The notes: generated by a model from the sequence alone, not told the origin. Shown: positions 1 to 9,253, numbered from the stretch's first letter. The stretch is DNA of 64,000 nucleotides from an uncultured Clostridia bacterium (GCA_946534895.1 CAMNDE010000006.1:13504-77503); one strand, 5' to 3'. Numbers and translations are program-made.

Positions 1-108
1 TATAGAAGCTGGGGGAATTCTTGCTCAAACATGTTAAATGAACCTTGAAAAACTTTAATATTTTATTCCTAGGAGAAAAATATATGTGCGGCCTGCCCGG
101 CTTTCAGG

Positions 109-147
109 AAAAAAAACGGCCCTGTTCCGATGATCAGAACAGGGCTG
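109..147 (-). terminator. intrinsic terminator after sdaAA
   Basis: 9-bp stem GCCCTGTTC(119-127)/GAACAGGGC(137-145). On the minus strand it is followed by 8 T (A109-A116 on +), about 30 nt past the sdaAA stop. Confidence 0.6.
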
Positions 148-174
148 ATGGACATATCTGATTTATTTCGGGGC

Positions 175-1056
175 TCACGGACTGCCGAAGATCTGCTTCT
201 GCAGCCGGATGCCGGTGGGTGTGGCGGCGAGTCCGCCTTTTGCGGTTTCCTTGAGTGTGTCGGACATGGCATCGCCGATATTGCGCATGGCGTCCAGGCA
301 TTCATCCGCGGGAATCCGGGATTCGATGCCGGCCAGTGCCATGTCCGCACTGGAAAAGGCGATCACCAGACCGGAAGCGTTTCTCTTGATGCAGGGGATT
401 TCCACCAGACCGGCCACCGGGTCGCACACCAGGCCCAGCTGGCTGGCAATGGCCATGGCACAGGCGTGGGCGCACTGGGCGGGTGAACCGCCCATGATCT
501 CCACCAGCGCAGCGGCGGCCATGGCGGCGGCACTGCCGCATTCCGCCTGGCATCCGCCCTGGGCGCCGGCAATGCTTGCGCGGTTGGCGATCACCATGCC
601 GAAGGCGCCTGCCGTGAACATGGACATGATCACGTCCTCTTCCCGGAATCCCCGGTCTTCCACCAGGGAGACGAGACAGCCGGGCAGAATGCCGCAGCTG
701 CCGGCGGTTGGCGCGGCCACGATCCGGCCCATGGAAGCGTTGCATCCGGCTACGGCCAGGGCCCGGGCAATGGCCCGGCCCATCAGGGGACCGCAGAGTC
801 CGCCCTGCCCGTCCACATAGCTTTTCATGGCGTATCCTTCACCGCCGGTCAGACCGGAGGTGGATTTCTGATTCTTTTCCAGCCCGCTTTTTACGGATTC
901 GGTCATGACCACGAACTGGAGCTCCATTTTTTCGCGCAGTTCCAGGGCTGGGGTTTCCATGGCTTCCGCCTGATCGGCAAGCACCAGATCACTGATGCGG
1001 ATGCCCTTCTTTTCCGCCTCTGTTACCAGCTGGCTGATGGTTTCATAATTGAGCAT
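175..1056 (-). CDS. sdaAA: L-serine dehydratase, iron-sulfur dependent, alpha subunit
   Basis: 293-aa ORF with a Gly/Cys-rich core (GSCGILPGCL, GGCQAECGSAAAMAA) typical of SdaAA. RBS GGAGGG upstream. Lies 14 nt after sdaAB. Confidence 0.9.
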   Translation of the reverse strand: MLNYETISQLVTEAEKKGIRISDLVLADQAEAMETPALELREKMELQFVVMTESVKSGLEKNQKSTSGLTGGEGYAMKSYVDGQGGLCGPLMGRAIARALAVAGCNASMGRIVAAPTAGSCGILPGCLVSLVEDRGFREEDVIMSMFTAGAFGMVIANRASIAGAQGGCQAECGSAAAMAAAALVEIMGGSPAQCAHACAMAIASQLGLVCDPVAGLVEIPCIKRNASGLVIAFSSADMALAGIESRIPADECLDAMRNIGDAMSDTLKETAKGGLAATPTGIRLQKQIFGSP

Positions 1057-1070
1057 GCGTTTTCCCTCCG

Positions 1071-1739
1071 TCAGATTCTTCGGATCAGAATGGCGTTGGA
1101 GACATTCTGGATGTTCCGGAGCGCAGGCACCAGGCCTTCCGGAGGCTGTCCGTCAATCTCAATGGTCATGATGGCGTTGCCGCCCTTGTTTTCCCGGGAA
1201 AGATGAAAGCTGGCGATATTCAGGTCCGCGTATTCGAAATGCATGAGCTGGGTCACGGCGGCGATGACGCCGGGCTTGTCCTGATGCATGACCAGGATGG
1301 TGTTGTTTTCGCCGGTGAAATGGACCTGCATGCCGTCGATCTGATTGACCATGATGTTCCCGCCGCCCACGCTGGCGCCTTCCACCATGCCCTCCCCGCC
1401 GTCGAGCAGGAAATAATGGATGCGGGCAGTGTTGGGATGGGCGCCCTTGATGTCCTCAAGGACAAAGGAAAACTGCAGGCCGCAGTTTCTGGCAATGTTC
1501 AGCGCATCCCGGATTTCGGGCGAATAGCTGTGGTATCCCATAATGCCGGCCAGCAGCGCGCGGTCGGTTCCGTGGCCTTTGTATGTCTGGGCAAAGGAAC
1601 CGGACAGGGTGATCTCCACATTTTTCAGCGGACGGCTGTCGATCAGCTTGTTTGCCACCCGGCCCAGGCGCACCGCGCCGGCGGTATGTGAGCTGGAAGG
1701 ACCGATCATCACAGGTCCGATGATATCAAAGACGTTCAA
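1071..1739 (-). CDS. sdaAB: L-serine dehydratase, beta subunit
   Basis: Homology begins at (L/M)NVFDIIGPVMIGPSSSHTAG, with a C-terminal ACT-like part. TTG start at 1739 is preceded by AAGGAG (8-nt spacer). The 117 upstream codons of track ORF 1071..2090 (Pro/Arg/Ser-rich, no RBS) were trimmed. Confidence 0.85.
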   Translation of the reverse strand: MNVFDIIGPVMIGPSSSHTAGAVRLGRVANKLIDSRPLKNVEITLSGSFAQTYKGHGTDRALLAGIMGYHSYSPEIRDALNIARNCGLQFSFVLEDIKGAHPNTARIHYFLLDGGEGMVEGASVGGGNIMVNQIDGMQVHFTGENNTILVMHQDKPGVIAAVTQLMHFEYADLNIASFHLSRENKGGNAIMTIEIDGQPPEGLVPALRNIQNVSNAILIRRI

Positions 1740-2090
1740 TCTCTGTTCTCCTTTCGGTGCCGCACGGAACGCGCGCACGGGGATGGATGGGAAAACCGGA
1801 AAGGCCGCAGGCGAAGACCTGTGCCTGCAGGACATGGAAAACAGCCAGACGCTTTCACAGAAGGACATGCCCGGAGGAAAAGTCTGCATGTGTGCGTATC
1901 CGGTTGTATGAAACGCAGAACATGGGATATCCGTACAGTCCCGCTTTCCAGGCCGGGAAGCAGCGGTCTGCCGCACAGGAAACCATTCGACGGACAGGCG
2001 GCGCATTCCTCTATGGACCGGAGAAAAAGCGTTCAGCGGGGCTTCCGGTGCAGAGCGCACCATATGAGGAAAACATGAGAAAAAAAGCAC

Positions 2091-2120
2091 TTGACACGGA
2101 AACCGGCTCTGTAGTAAAGT
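2091..2120 (+). promoter_or_regulatory. sigma70-like promoter candidate (TTGACA-18-TAAAGT)
   Basis: TTGACA at 2091-2096 and TAAAGT at 2115-2120, about 30 nt upstream of a strong RBS and sORF. Confidence 0.4.
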
Positions 2121-2152
2121 CTCGGCATATCATGGGGAAGGAGGACGCTTTC

Positions 2153-2245
2153 ATGCTGGGATATGTCGTGGAACAGATGCGCACTGCGATGACCGAATAT
2201 ACCGTCGAGTATACCGGTTCTGTTTTCGTATACATAAATCCGTAG
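2153..2245 (+). CDS. 30-aa small ORF / leader peptide candidate (MLGYVVEQMRTAMTEYTVEYTGSVFVYINP)
   Basis: ATG at 2153 is preceded by GGGGAAGGAGGA (2134-2145). TAG stop at 2243-2245. Bracketed by a promoter-like site and a strong terminator. No homolog recognised. Confidence 0.35.
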   Translation: MLGYVVEQMRTAMTEYTVEYTGSVFVYINP

Positions 2246-2288
2246 CAGATGGAAGCGTAATCCCCGGCCCGGTTCGGATTGAGATGAT

Positions 2289-2323
2289 CGCCTGTCCATT
2301 GCGGACAGGCGGTTTTGTTTTTT
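2289..2323 (+). terminator. intrinsic terminator / attenuator
   Basis: Perfect 9-bp stem CGCCTGTCC(2289-2297)/GGACAGGCG(2303-2311) with a 5-nt loop, then GTTTTGTTTTTT. Sits 44 nt upstream of the methyltransferase start. Confidence 0.7.
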
Positions 2324-2366
2324 CAGAAGGATCACATCAGGAGCAAAAGAAGAAGGAGGCGGAACC

Positions 2367-3197
2367 ATGGATCTGCATGATTACAGGGATGTGGCGGAAA
2401 ACTATGACCTTTATCTGGAAAGGATGTACAGTGAGGGGCCTGCGCGCACGGAACTCTTTCAGGAATTCTATCTGAACCTGGCGCGGCAGTACGGCGGGGA
2501 CGGCATTGTGGATATTGCGTGCGGAACCGGAGCGGTTCTGCTGCATCTGGCGGCGCACGGGATACAGGCGGACGGGACAGACCTGTCGGAGGAGATGTGC
2601 CGCGTGGCGCAGGCCAAGGCGGAGCGCATGGGCCTGAAGCTGAACATACTGCCGGCGGACATGACAGAGTTTTCCTTTGGCAGGAAGTATTCCCTGGCCA
2701 TCATTGCGCGAAGCGGATTCATGCATCTTCTGACACAGGAGCAGCAGATCCGGGCGCTGAAGAATATCCGCAGCCAGCTTCTGCCCGGCGGTGTGCTCAC
2801 GTTCAATACCTTTGATCCCTGGCCGCCCGTGCAGGCACAGCAGATGCAGACAACACCGGACGACTACACATACCGGCTGGAGTATGTGAATCATGAGGGA
2901 AACCGGGAAATCATCTACAACGCCATCGCCTATGATCCCTATACCCAGCAGATGTACGGGAACTGGAAGTTTGTCACGTGCAATGCGCAGGGGGAACCCG
3001 TCGCGGAGCGGATCCGGCCGCTGCGCATGCGGCAGACATACCGCTGGGAAATCTTTCTTCTGGCAGAAGTGTGCGGGTATGAAGTGGTGGATCTTTACCG
3101 GGGATACAATGGCGACCGGGAGGATCTGAGTGATCCCTCCTCGGCATCAAAATACAATGGCAATCTGATCTGGATTCTGAGAAGAAAGGACAGGTGA
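2367..3197 (+). CDS. class I SAM-dependent methyltransferase
   Basis: 276 aa. Motif I VDIACGTGAV followed by an acidic D at the end of beta-2 (DGTDLS). RBS GAAGGAGG. Confidence 0.85.
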   Translation: MDLHDYRDVAENYDLYLERMYSEGPARTELFQEFYLNLARQYGGDGIVDIACGTGAVLLHLAAHGIQADGTDLSEEMCRVAQAKAERMGLKLNILPADMTEFSFGRKYSLAIIARSGFMHLLTQEQQIRALKNIRSQLLPGGVLTFNTFDPWPPVQAQQMQTTPDDYTYRLEYVNHEGNREIIYNAIAYDPYTQQMYGNWKFVTCNAQGEPVAERIRPLRMRQTYRWEIFLLAEVCGYEVVDLYRGYNGDREDLSDPSSASKYNGNLIWILRRKDR

Positions 3198-3203
3198 TGC
3201 GCT

Positions 3204-4250
3204 GTGAAGAAAACAGGAACACAGGTGATTGAGACAGCCAGGCTGATTCTGCGCCCGTTTACCCCGGAGGATGCGGAGGACATGTACATAAACTGGGCAT
3301 CCGACCCGGAAGTGACCAGGTTTCTTACCTGGCCGGTGCACGCGGGCGTTGAGGTCACGCGGACACTTCTTGAGGACTGGTCGGCCCGGTATGAGGACGG
3401 AGCGTATTTCAACTGGGCCATGCAGTGGAAGGCAGACGGCCGGGTAATCGGCAGCATTTCCGGGGTACGGGTGCATGAGTCGACCGGCGAGGCCGAGATC
3501 GGATACTGCCTGAGCCGGGCATACTGGGGTCAGGGCATTATGCCGGAAGCGCTGCGTGCAGTGGTGGCGTACCTGTTCGAGACGGCTGAGATGAACCGGG
3601 TCTGCGCCTGCCATGATGTGCGCAATCCCAATTCCGGCCGGGTGATGAAAAAGGCCGGCATGACCTTTGAAGGGGTTTTCCGGCAGGCAGGGAGAAACAA
3701 TCAGGGCATTGCCGATATGGCCTGGTACGCGATCCTGCGGGAAGACTGGAACGGGAGCGTGCGGAGAAAGGAAAAAAAGCCGGTCACAGCCCGTCTGGCC
3801 AGGGAAAGTGAACTGGAAAGGATCAATGAACTGCGCGGGCAGGTGTTCAGTCTGCATGCGGCCGGAAAGCCGGATGTGTTCAAGCCGGAGTTTCCGCCGG
3901 AAGTGGCGGAATATATCCATGTGATCTGGAACGATCCGGAGCAGGAGATCGTGGTTGCGGAAATGGACGGTCAGGTCTGCGGGTTCGCGGTGCTGCATCA
4001 TTTCAGCAAGCCGGAAACGCCTTTCATGCTGAAAAGGGACTTTCTGGATATTGACGAGTTCTGCGTGGATGAAGCCTGCAGAAGACAGGGCGCGGCCACG
4101 GCCATGATCGCCTTTATCCGCGAGTTTGCCCGGGAAAGGGGTTTCCATCGTCTGGAGCTGAACATGTGGGAATTCAACCGGGAAGCGCTGGCCTTCTATG
4201 AGGCCGCAGGGTTTGCCACATACCGCCGGTACATGGAAATGTTCCTGTGA
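3204..4250 (+). CDS. tandem GNAT N-acetyltransferase (RimJ/RimL-like N-domain plus a second GNAT domain)
   Basis: 348 aa, GTG start 7 nt after the upstream stop. N-half RLILRPFTPEDAEDMY...GYCLSRAYWGQGIMPEA; C-half FCVDEACRRQGAATAMIAF...NREALAFYEAAGF. Confidence 0.8.
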   Translation: MKKTGTQVIETARLILRPFTPEDAEDMYINWASDPEVTRFLTWPVHAGVEVTRTLLEDWSARYEDGAYFNWAMQWKADGRVIGSISGVRVHESTGEAEIGYCLSRAYWGQGIMPEALRAVVAYLFETAEMNRVCACHDVRNPNSGRVMKKAGMTFEGVFRQAGRNNQGIADMAWYAILREDWNGSVRRKEKKPVTARLARESELERINELRGQVFSLHAAGKPDVFKPEFPPEVAEYIHVIWNDPEQEIVVAEMDGQVCGFAVLHHFSKPETPFMLKRDFLDIDEFCVDEACRRQGAATAMIAFIREFARERGFHRLELNMWEFNREALAFYEAAGFATYRRYMEMFL

Positions 4251-4262
4251 CGGCGGAACATG

Positions 4263-4292
4263 AAAAAATGCAGCTGTGAGCTGCATTTTTTT
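4263..4292. terminator. bidirectional intrinsic terminator between convergent genes
   Basis: AAAAAATGCAGC-TGTGA-GCTGCATTTTTTT. 6-bp GC core extended by A/T pairs, with T-runs in both directions. Confidence 0.65.
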
Positions 4293-4309
4293 CTTTATGG
4301 CGCGGAGAT

Positions 4310-5599
4310 TCATGCCCTGTCCGGAAGCAGCGGGGCGGCCTTTTCCACAAACTCGCTGAATATGGAATTGGCCCAGGCAAACCAGGGACGCGTGAACTGC
4401 GCCGGATCATCCTTGTGAACGCCCTCGTGCATGAGCATTGTGCCGGCATCCATGTGTTCCAGCATGTCAGCAAGGGCGGTGATTTCCTCCGCGCTGTCCG
4501 AGGTCAGTCCCTGAACGCACAGGGAAATGGGCCAGATATAGTCTTCAGGCGTGTGCGGGCTGCCGATGCCTCTGGCGCAGGTGCCTTCATAGTAATACGG
4601 GTTTGACTGGCTCAGCACCATGCGGCGCGTGTTTTGATAAACTGGATCATCCGCAGGTACGCAGCCGAGGTACGGGAGGCTGAGCAGGCTGGGCACATTG
4701 GCGTCATCCATGAAAAGATGATTGCCCAGACCGTCCGTCTCATAGGCATAGACGTCGCCGAAGACGGGGTGACGGACGACGGCGTACTTGCGGATGCCCT
4801 CCCGGACCTCAGCGAGCAGAGTGCCGGCGCGCTCGCACAGAGAAATGTCATGCATGACGGTCTGCGCAATCTCCATGATCTGCTCAAGCGATGTGGCAGC
4901 AAACAGATTGGAGGGCACCAGGTATCCGTACCGGCAGGCATCATCACTGGGACGGAAGCCGCTCCAGATCATGCCGGTATAGGCTACGGGCGTGCCTCTG
5001 CCGCCGTTTTCCAGAGTGTCGGAGGGTGGACAGTTGCCGCGCTCAAAATAGTAGGGCGATGTTTCCGCGTGATGCTGCTCGGTTTCCCATACATGCAGGA
5101 TGGTGTCGACGGCTTTCCGGAACTGGTCTGTGCACCAGGAGACATCCCCTGTCTGCTTCCAGAAGGCATGGGTCAGGCGGATGGGATAGCAGAGGGAGTC
5201 GATCTCATACTTCTGCTCCCAGATCCAGGGCTCCTGCTCCGGTGTCCAGCTGGTCCGGTCCGCATACCCGTGCCGGCCGCTGGCTTCCCGGTTGAACGCG
5301 TTGGCGTAGGGATCCAGAATGATGTACTGGAACTGCCGCCGCATGAGCCCGAGGATGGTTTCCCTGACTTCCGGGAAATTCCGGGCGGCGGGCAGGTAAT
5401 GGTAGACCTGGGCGGAGGAATCCCGCAGCCACATGGCCGGGATGTCCCCGGTGATCAGAAACACAGAGCCGTCGGACCGCTGCAGGGTGGTATCCCAGGT
5501 GCTCCGGAAACACTGGCGGTACATTTCGGCCAGCTTATCCCGTCCTTTGCTGACAAGCAGCTGGTAAACCGGGGCGGTGGCATCCATCATCCAGTTCAT
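4310..5599 (-). CDS. glycoside hydrolase family 125 (metal-independent exo-alpha-1,6-mannosidase, DUF1237)
   Basis: 429 aa with the hallmark ITGDIPAMWLRDSSAQV and conserved acidic/aromatic blocks. RBS AAGGAGGA. No signal peptide. Confidence 0.85.
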   Translation of the reverse strand: MNWMMDATAPVYQLLVSKGRDKLAEMYRQCFRSTWDTTLQRSDGSVFLITGDIPAMWLRDSSAQVYHYLPAARNFPEVRETILGLMRRQFQYIILDPYANAFNREASGRHGYADRTSWTPEQEPWIWEQKYEIDSLCYPIRLTHAFWKQTGDVSWCTDQFRKAVDTILHVWETEQHHAETSPYYFERGNCPPSDTLENGGRGTPVAYTGMIWSGFRPSDDACRYGYLVPSNLFAATSLEQIMEIAQTVMHDISLCERAGTLLAEVREGIRKYAVVRHPVFGDVYAYETDGLGNHLFMDDANVPSLLSLPYLGCVPADDPVYQNTRRMVLSQSNPYYYEGTCARGIGSPHTPEDYIWPISLCVQGLTSDSAEEITALADMLEHMDAGTMLMHEGVHKDDPAQFTRPWFAWANSIFSEFVEKAAPLLPDRA

Positions 5600-5686
5600 G
5601 ACAAAGTCCTCCTTATACAGTGCACCGGCGGCAGGATGCAGGGGTGCAGCATCTTTTTCACGGGGAAGGTACGGACGGTGAAGGGG

Positions 5687-7987
5687 TTATTCCATGCTTC
5701 CCGAGACGAGAATTCCGCTTCCCGTGCTCCGGTAATCCAGAAGAAGCGTGCGGGTTTCCGCGTCCCAGGCGGAACACAGCTGCACAGGATGCCCGTCAGT
5801 ATCCGCCGCGCTCAGGTCTTCCGGCGCTTTCGGCAGCCGAATCCGGACAAAGGCGTGGATCCCCTGGGCCGCGCGTAAATGCAGCATCAGGGCATCCGGG
5901 GTCACGCGGGTCTCTTCGATCCTGGCGGAGGATCCGATCACGCGGAACGACTCGTTTTCGATTTTCGAGAAATCGAACAGAATGGCGCTGCTGTCGGGCT
6001 GGATTTCCTTCCGGTGTAGAATCCGGAAATCGTTTTCCAGCATGTCCGCAAACAGACCTTCAAAGACTTTGGGCTCATCACTGACGCTTTCATCCATGAC
6101 CGCGCTGATCAGGTACGGCCCGCGCCAAAGGGTCAGATGATTGCGGTCCTGCCAGAATATGCCCGCTTCCTCAAGCACCTGATGGACAGTATTGCGCCAC
6201 AGGTCCGCCGCCTCTCTGGAAAGGCAGAAACGGAACGGGGGAGTCCGGACCACAGTAACGGCGCCTTTGCCGGAAGGATATGTGCCATTCGGCGCACTTG
6301 CCTGTATGCCGCACAGGTGGAGAAGATGCCCGGACGGATCCGCATACCCGGCATCTGCCCACCAGGAACGCACCTGATGGAACGGGTCCGAGCTGTCGCC
6401 GACATAGACCAGACGTCCGCCGGCCCGGACCCAGGCTGCCAGTTCCTCATGAATGACGGGTGAGGCGGGCTTCTGGAATTCATAGCTCAGGATGAGTACA
6501 CGCATGCCCCTGAGATAGCCGGGAAACCGCTGCAGATTGTCCAGCTGCACAGGCCGGACGGCCAGGCCGTACTTGAGCAGGGGCAGCGCCAGACCATAGA
6601 ACTGCGGGAATGCGCCGCTCTGGATGAAATCCAGGGCCAGATCCCTGTCTGCGGCAATTTCCTGCATGAGCTGCCGGGAATGCTCCCGGTTGAATGAGAC
6701 CGGATCCGTATTCTTGCAGAGAACAGAGAACATCCGGCCCGCAAGCCCGGTGTTTTTCCCGGTGCCGTCGGGAAACGTGCGCTGATACAGAGCGCTGTCG
6801 GACAGAAAGATGCCCACGTCGCTCTGCTGACCGTCGAATTTCCACTCCGGCTGGTCCATGTCCCCAAGCATCTGGAAAACGGAGGAAAGCAGGGTGGCGT
6901 AGCTTTCGGGAATGGGCTTCGGCTCCACGCTTCCGTGAAGGGCCCGGAGCGCCTGCCCGGCTGCCGTGTTTTCATCATAGGAAGCACCTGCGGGCAGACG
7001 CGGGTATCTGCCTTCAAACACCCGGTGGGGCCATGGGCAGATCTCGTAGTGCCACACCATGGGCTGGAGCAGGGAAGCGGTCAGCGTCTTGCGGTAATTG
7101 AGCTCATAGTTTTCCCAGGTATACAGAGGACGGTCTTCAATGGGATCGTTCAGGAACCACATCTGACGGTCCGTGCCCCGGACGAGCTCCTGCATGACGC
7201 CGTACTCCAGAAAGGCGGTCTCAAACGTGCGCTCCCGGTAGATGCCCTCATAGACATTGCCTTCCCGGCTGGTGCCTGTCCAGACCTGGGCAATATAGCC
7301 GTCCACCGAGGGAATGTTCAGAAGCTCCGCCTCGGGACTGAGGATTTTCCAGGTCGTGTAATTGATCAGGCTGTGGGTGGGCACATAGAAGCGCAGTTCC
7401 TTCTGATAAGTCCGGCGGGCATACTCCTTGACTGCCCGGCTGATGCGCTCAATGGCCCGGCAGTACAGGTATACCTTCAGCCGCGCGCAGCGCCAGGCCG
7501 CGTCCGTGCCTGAATGCGGGGGCTGCCAGGGCTCGTGATACCATTCCTCGTATTCCCGGCGGAACGCGGGGGAGTATCCGCTGAAATCCCAGTATTCCGG
7601 TTCCTCCATATGAATGGCTTCCACGCCGCAGTCCACGGCAGGCTTCAGCTTTTCAATCAGATAATCCGCAAAGGAAAGGGTCGGGCACATATAGGGCACG
7701 GTGGGGTTGTGGGAAACTTCCCTGTCATCGCGGCTGCGCTGGGCTTCATCCCAGTGCTTTTTTCCGTCCCAGTCCCCGTCCAGGTAATCCTGGTATTCGC
7801 CCCAGGAAATACCCGTCATGAGATGCACGACATATCCCTGCTCGCGGAAGGCGCGGACCCTTTCGGGCATGCTGGGATCAATGCCGTACACCATGACAAA
7901 GTCACAGCGCAGATCAATCATGGGGGAATAGGGTGCCAGTTCCTGGCAGCCTGTCAGTTCCGTATGAGGGGAGCGGATATAGGCCAT
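5687..7987 (-). CDS. uncharacterised 766-aa cytoplasmic protein, glycoside-hydrolase-like (function unknown)
   Basis: Long ORF with RBS AGGAGATGAG and coding-like composition. The N-half looks like a TIM barrel (AIHMEEPEYW). The middle VLILSYEF...WVRAGGRLVYVGD resembles the GATase-like domain of GH42 enzymes. 87 nt upstream of GH125 on the same strand. Confidence 0.7.
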   Translation of the reverse strand: MAYIRSPHTELTGCQELAPYSPMIDLRCDFVMVYGIDPSMPERVRAFREQGYVVHLMTGISWGEYQDYLDGDWDGKKHWDEAQRSRDDREVSHNPTVPYMCPTLSFADYLIEKLKPAVDCGVEAIHMEEPEYWDFSGYSPAFRREYEEWYHEPWQPPHSGTDAAWRCARLKVYLYCRAIERISRAVKEYARRTYQKELRFYVPTHSLINYTTWKILSPEAELLNIPSVDGYIAQVWTGTSREGNVYEGIYRERTFETAFLEYGVMQELVRGTDRQMWFLNDPIEDRPLYTWENYELNYRKTLTASLLQPMVWHYEICPWPHRVFEGRYPRLPAGASYDENTAAGQALRALHGSVEPKPIPESYATLLSSVFQMLGDMDQPEWKFDGQQSDVGIFLSDSALYQRTFPDGTGKNTGLAGRMFSVLCKNTDPVSFNREHSRQLMQEIAADRDLALDFIQSGAFPQFYGLALPLLKYGLAVRPVQLDNLQRFPGYLRGMRVLILSYEFQKPASPVIHEELAAWVRAGGRLVYVGDSSDPFHQVRSWWADAGYADPSGHLLHLCGIQASAPNGTYPSGKGAVTVVRTPPFRFCLSREAADLWRNTVHQVLEEAGIFWQDRNHLTLWRGPYLISAVMDESVSDEPKVFEGLFADMLENDFRILHRKEIQPDSSAILFDFSKIENESFRVIGSSARIEETRVTPDALMLHLRAAQGIHAFVRIRLPKAPEDLSAADTDGHPVQLCSAWDAETRTLLLDYRSTGSGILVSGSME

Positions 7988-8135
7988 GGCTTCTCATCTC
8001 CTGCGTGGCTGGGAATGCATACAGACAAACGCGGGTATATGTAAAGGATACCATGCGGGAAGCTGCGAAGCAATCCTGTTCCCGCGCGAACCTGTCCGCT
8101 TTTTCAGGCATTCCGGGCATCGGGGACAAAAGAAA

Positions 8136-8175
8136 GCCCGGAAGCCTGGCTGCTGATGCTGCCGGGATTCCGGGC
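8136..8175 (-). terminator. possible terminator after DegV gene
   Basis: Stem GCCCGGAA(8136-8143)/TTCCGGGC(8168-8175) with a structured loop. The minus strand continues TTTCTTTTGT. Weak. Confidence 0.3.
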
Positions 8176-8224
8176 ATGGAAACGGACCCGCCTGGGTCAC
8201 GCGGTGGATGCCGGGTAGGCGGGA

Positions 8225-9076
8225 TTATTCGCCTGCGATAAACAGTACGCCGAGCGTGCCGGGACCGCAGTGGCTGGACACGGTGCAGCCTGCACGCGTG
8301 ATGAGGATTTCATCAAAGTGGTGCAGGCCTTCCAGGTACGTTTTTATCTGGCCTATGATTTCATCACTGCAGCCGGAGTGGGTGATGAATACGCGGTCAG
8401 GCTTGGCGGTGAGCAGGTCGGGTTCCATGTCATGCACATATTTTGTGAAGACCACGGGCATCTTGCCGCGGTATTTCTTGGTGGCCAGCATGCGGCCGTT
8501 TTCGACGGCAATCCGCGGATGCAGGTTCAGCGTGCTGCCCAGCAGGGCGGCAACACTGCTGCAGCGTCCGCCCCTGTGCAGGTAAGTCAGTGTGTCGACC
8601 ACAAAGCTTGCCCGGACTCTTGGGCGGATGGATTCCAGGTGCCGGATGATTTCATCCGCTCCGCATCCCTGCGAGGCCATCAGCGCTGCCTCAATGACCT
8701 GCAGTCCGATGCCGGTGGAAAGATTCTCCGAATTGAAGACATGGATTTTCTGATCTGCTTTGAGCTCCGCTGCGGCCATCCGGAACACGTTTCCGGTGGT
8801 GGACATGGTATCGGAAATGGAAAAGCAGATGACTTCGTCTCCGCTTTCCACATAACGCCGCAGCAGCTTTTCCACTGTGTCATAGGATACGGCGGCAGTG
8901 CGGGGCGTGGTTTTGTTGGCATCCGACCAGACATAGATTTCATCCGGCGTGATATTTACGCCGTCAAGATACTCCCTGTCCCCCAGTTCAATGCACAGGG
9001 GCACAATTTCAATGCTGTAGCGCTTGATCAATTCCGGCGACAGATCACAGGTGCTGTCGGAAACGATTCGGATCAT
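8225..9076 (-). CDS. DegV family fatty-acid-binding protein
   Basis: 283 aa. The N-terminus MIRIVSDSTCDLSPELIKRYSIEIVPL is the canonical DegV start. RBS GGAGGA. Confidence 0.9.
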   Translation of the reverse strand: MIRIVSDSTCDLSPELIKRYSIEIVPLCIELGDREYLDGVNITPDEIYVWSDANKTTPRTAAVSYDTVEKLLRRYVESGDEVICFSISDTMSTTGNVFRMAAAELKADQKIHVFNSENLSTGIGLQVIEAALMASQGCGADEIIRHLESIRPRVRASFVVDTLTYLHRGGRCSSVAALLGSTLNLHPRIAVENGRMLATKKYRGKMPVVFTKYVHDMEPDLLTAKPDRVFITHSGCSDEIIGQIKTYLEGLHHFDEILITRAGCTVSSHCGPGTLGVLFIAGE

Positions 9077-9224
9077 GATACATCCTCCATAGGAAAAATA
9101 GCCGGTTCTGCCTATTTATTATATCATTGAACAGTAAAATACAAAAGTGCATCCTGGTATGTGCGCATGCAGGGCATGATTGAAGGACAGATGATTACTG
9201 CAACAGATAACGCAATATTGTTTC

Positions 9225-9253
9225 TTGTCCGCGTCCGACCCCGCCGGTATAAT
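9225..9253 (+). promoter_or_regulatory. promoter candidate TTGTCC-17-TATAAT
   Basis: TTGTCC at 9225-9230 and perfect TATAAT at 9248-9253, 32 nt before the RBS GGAGGG and the ATG at 9285. Confidence 0.45.

Noticed and set aside
1-108. AT-rich left edge that differs from the rest of the window, with a short RBS-preceded ORF (ATG at 84, MCGLPGFQEKKRP...).
   Set aside because: The ORF runs through the sdaAA terminator hairpin and has no protein-like features. The AT-rich stretch is too short and too close to the window edge to interpret; it is probably the intergenic or promoter region of a gene to the left.
1740-2090. The 350-nt region upstream of sdaAB (minus strand) was inspected for a riboswitch or T-box. 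It contains CACCGGAAG and CACCGAAAGGAG strings faintly reminiscent of glycine-riboswitch cores. The track also extends the sdaAB ORF through it.
   Set aside because: It has no GGAGAG/CTCTGGAGAG partner elements and no T-box AGGGTGGTACCGCG-type sequence. The ORF extension has no RBS and a non-protein-like composition. I leave it as an unexplained leader or promoter region.
8110-8177. An 11-bp direct repeat ATTCCGGGCAT (8110-8120 and 8167-8177) between the DegV gene and the 766-aa gene.
   Set aside because: The second copy is part of the hairpin I tentatively call the DegV terminator. Two copies of a GC-rich 11-mer within 60 bp are most simply explained by stem-forming sequence, and there is no further evidence of function.
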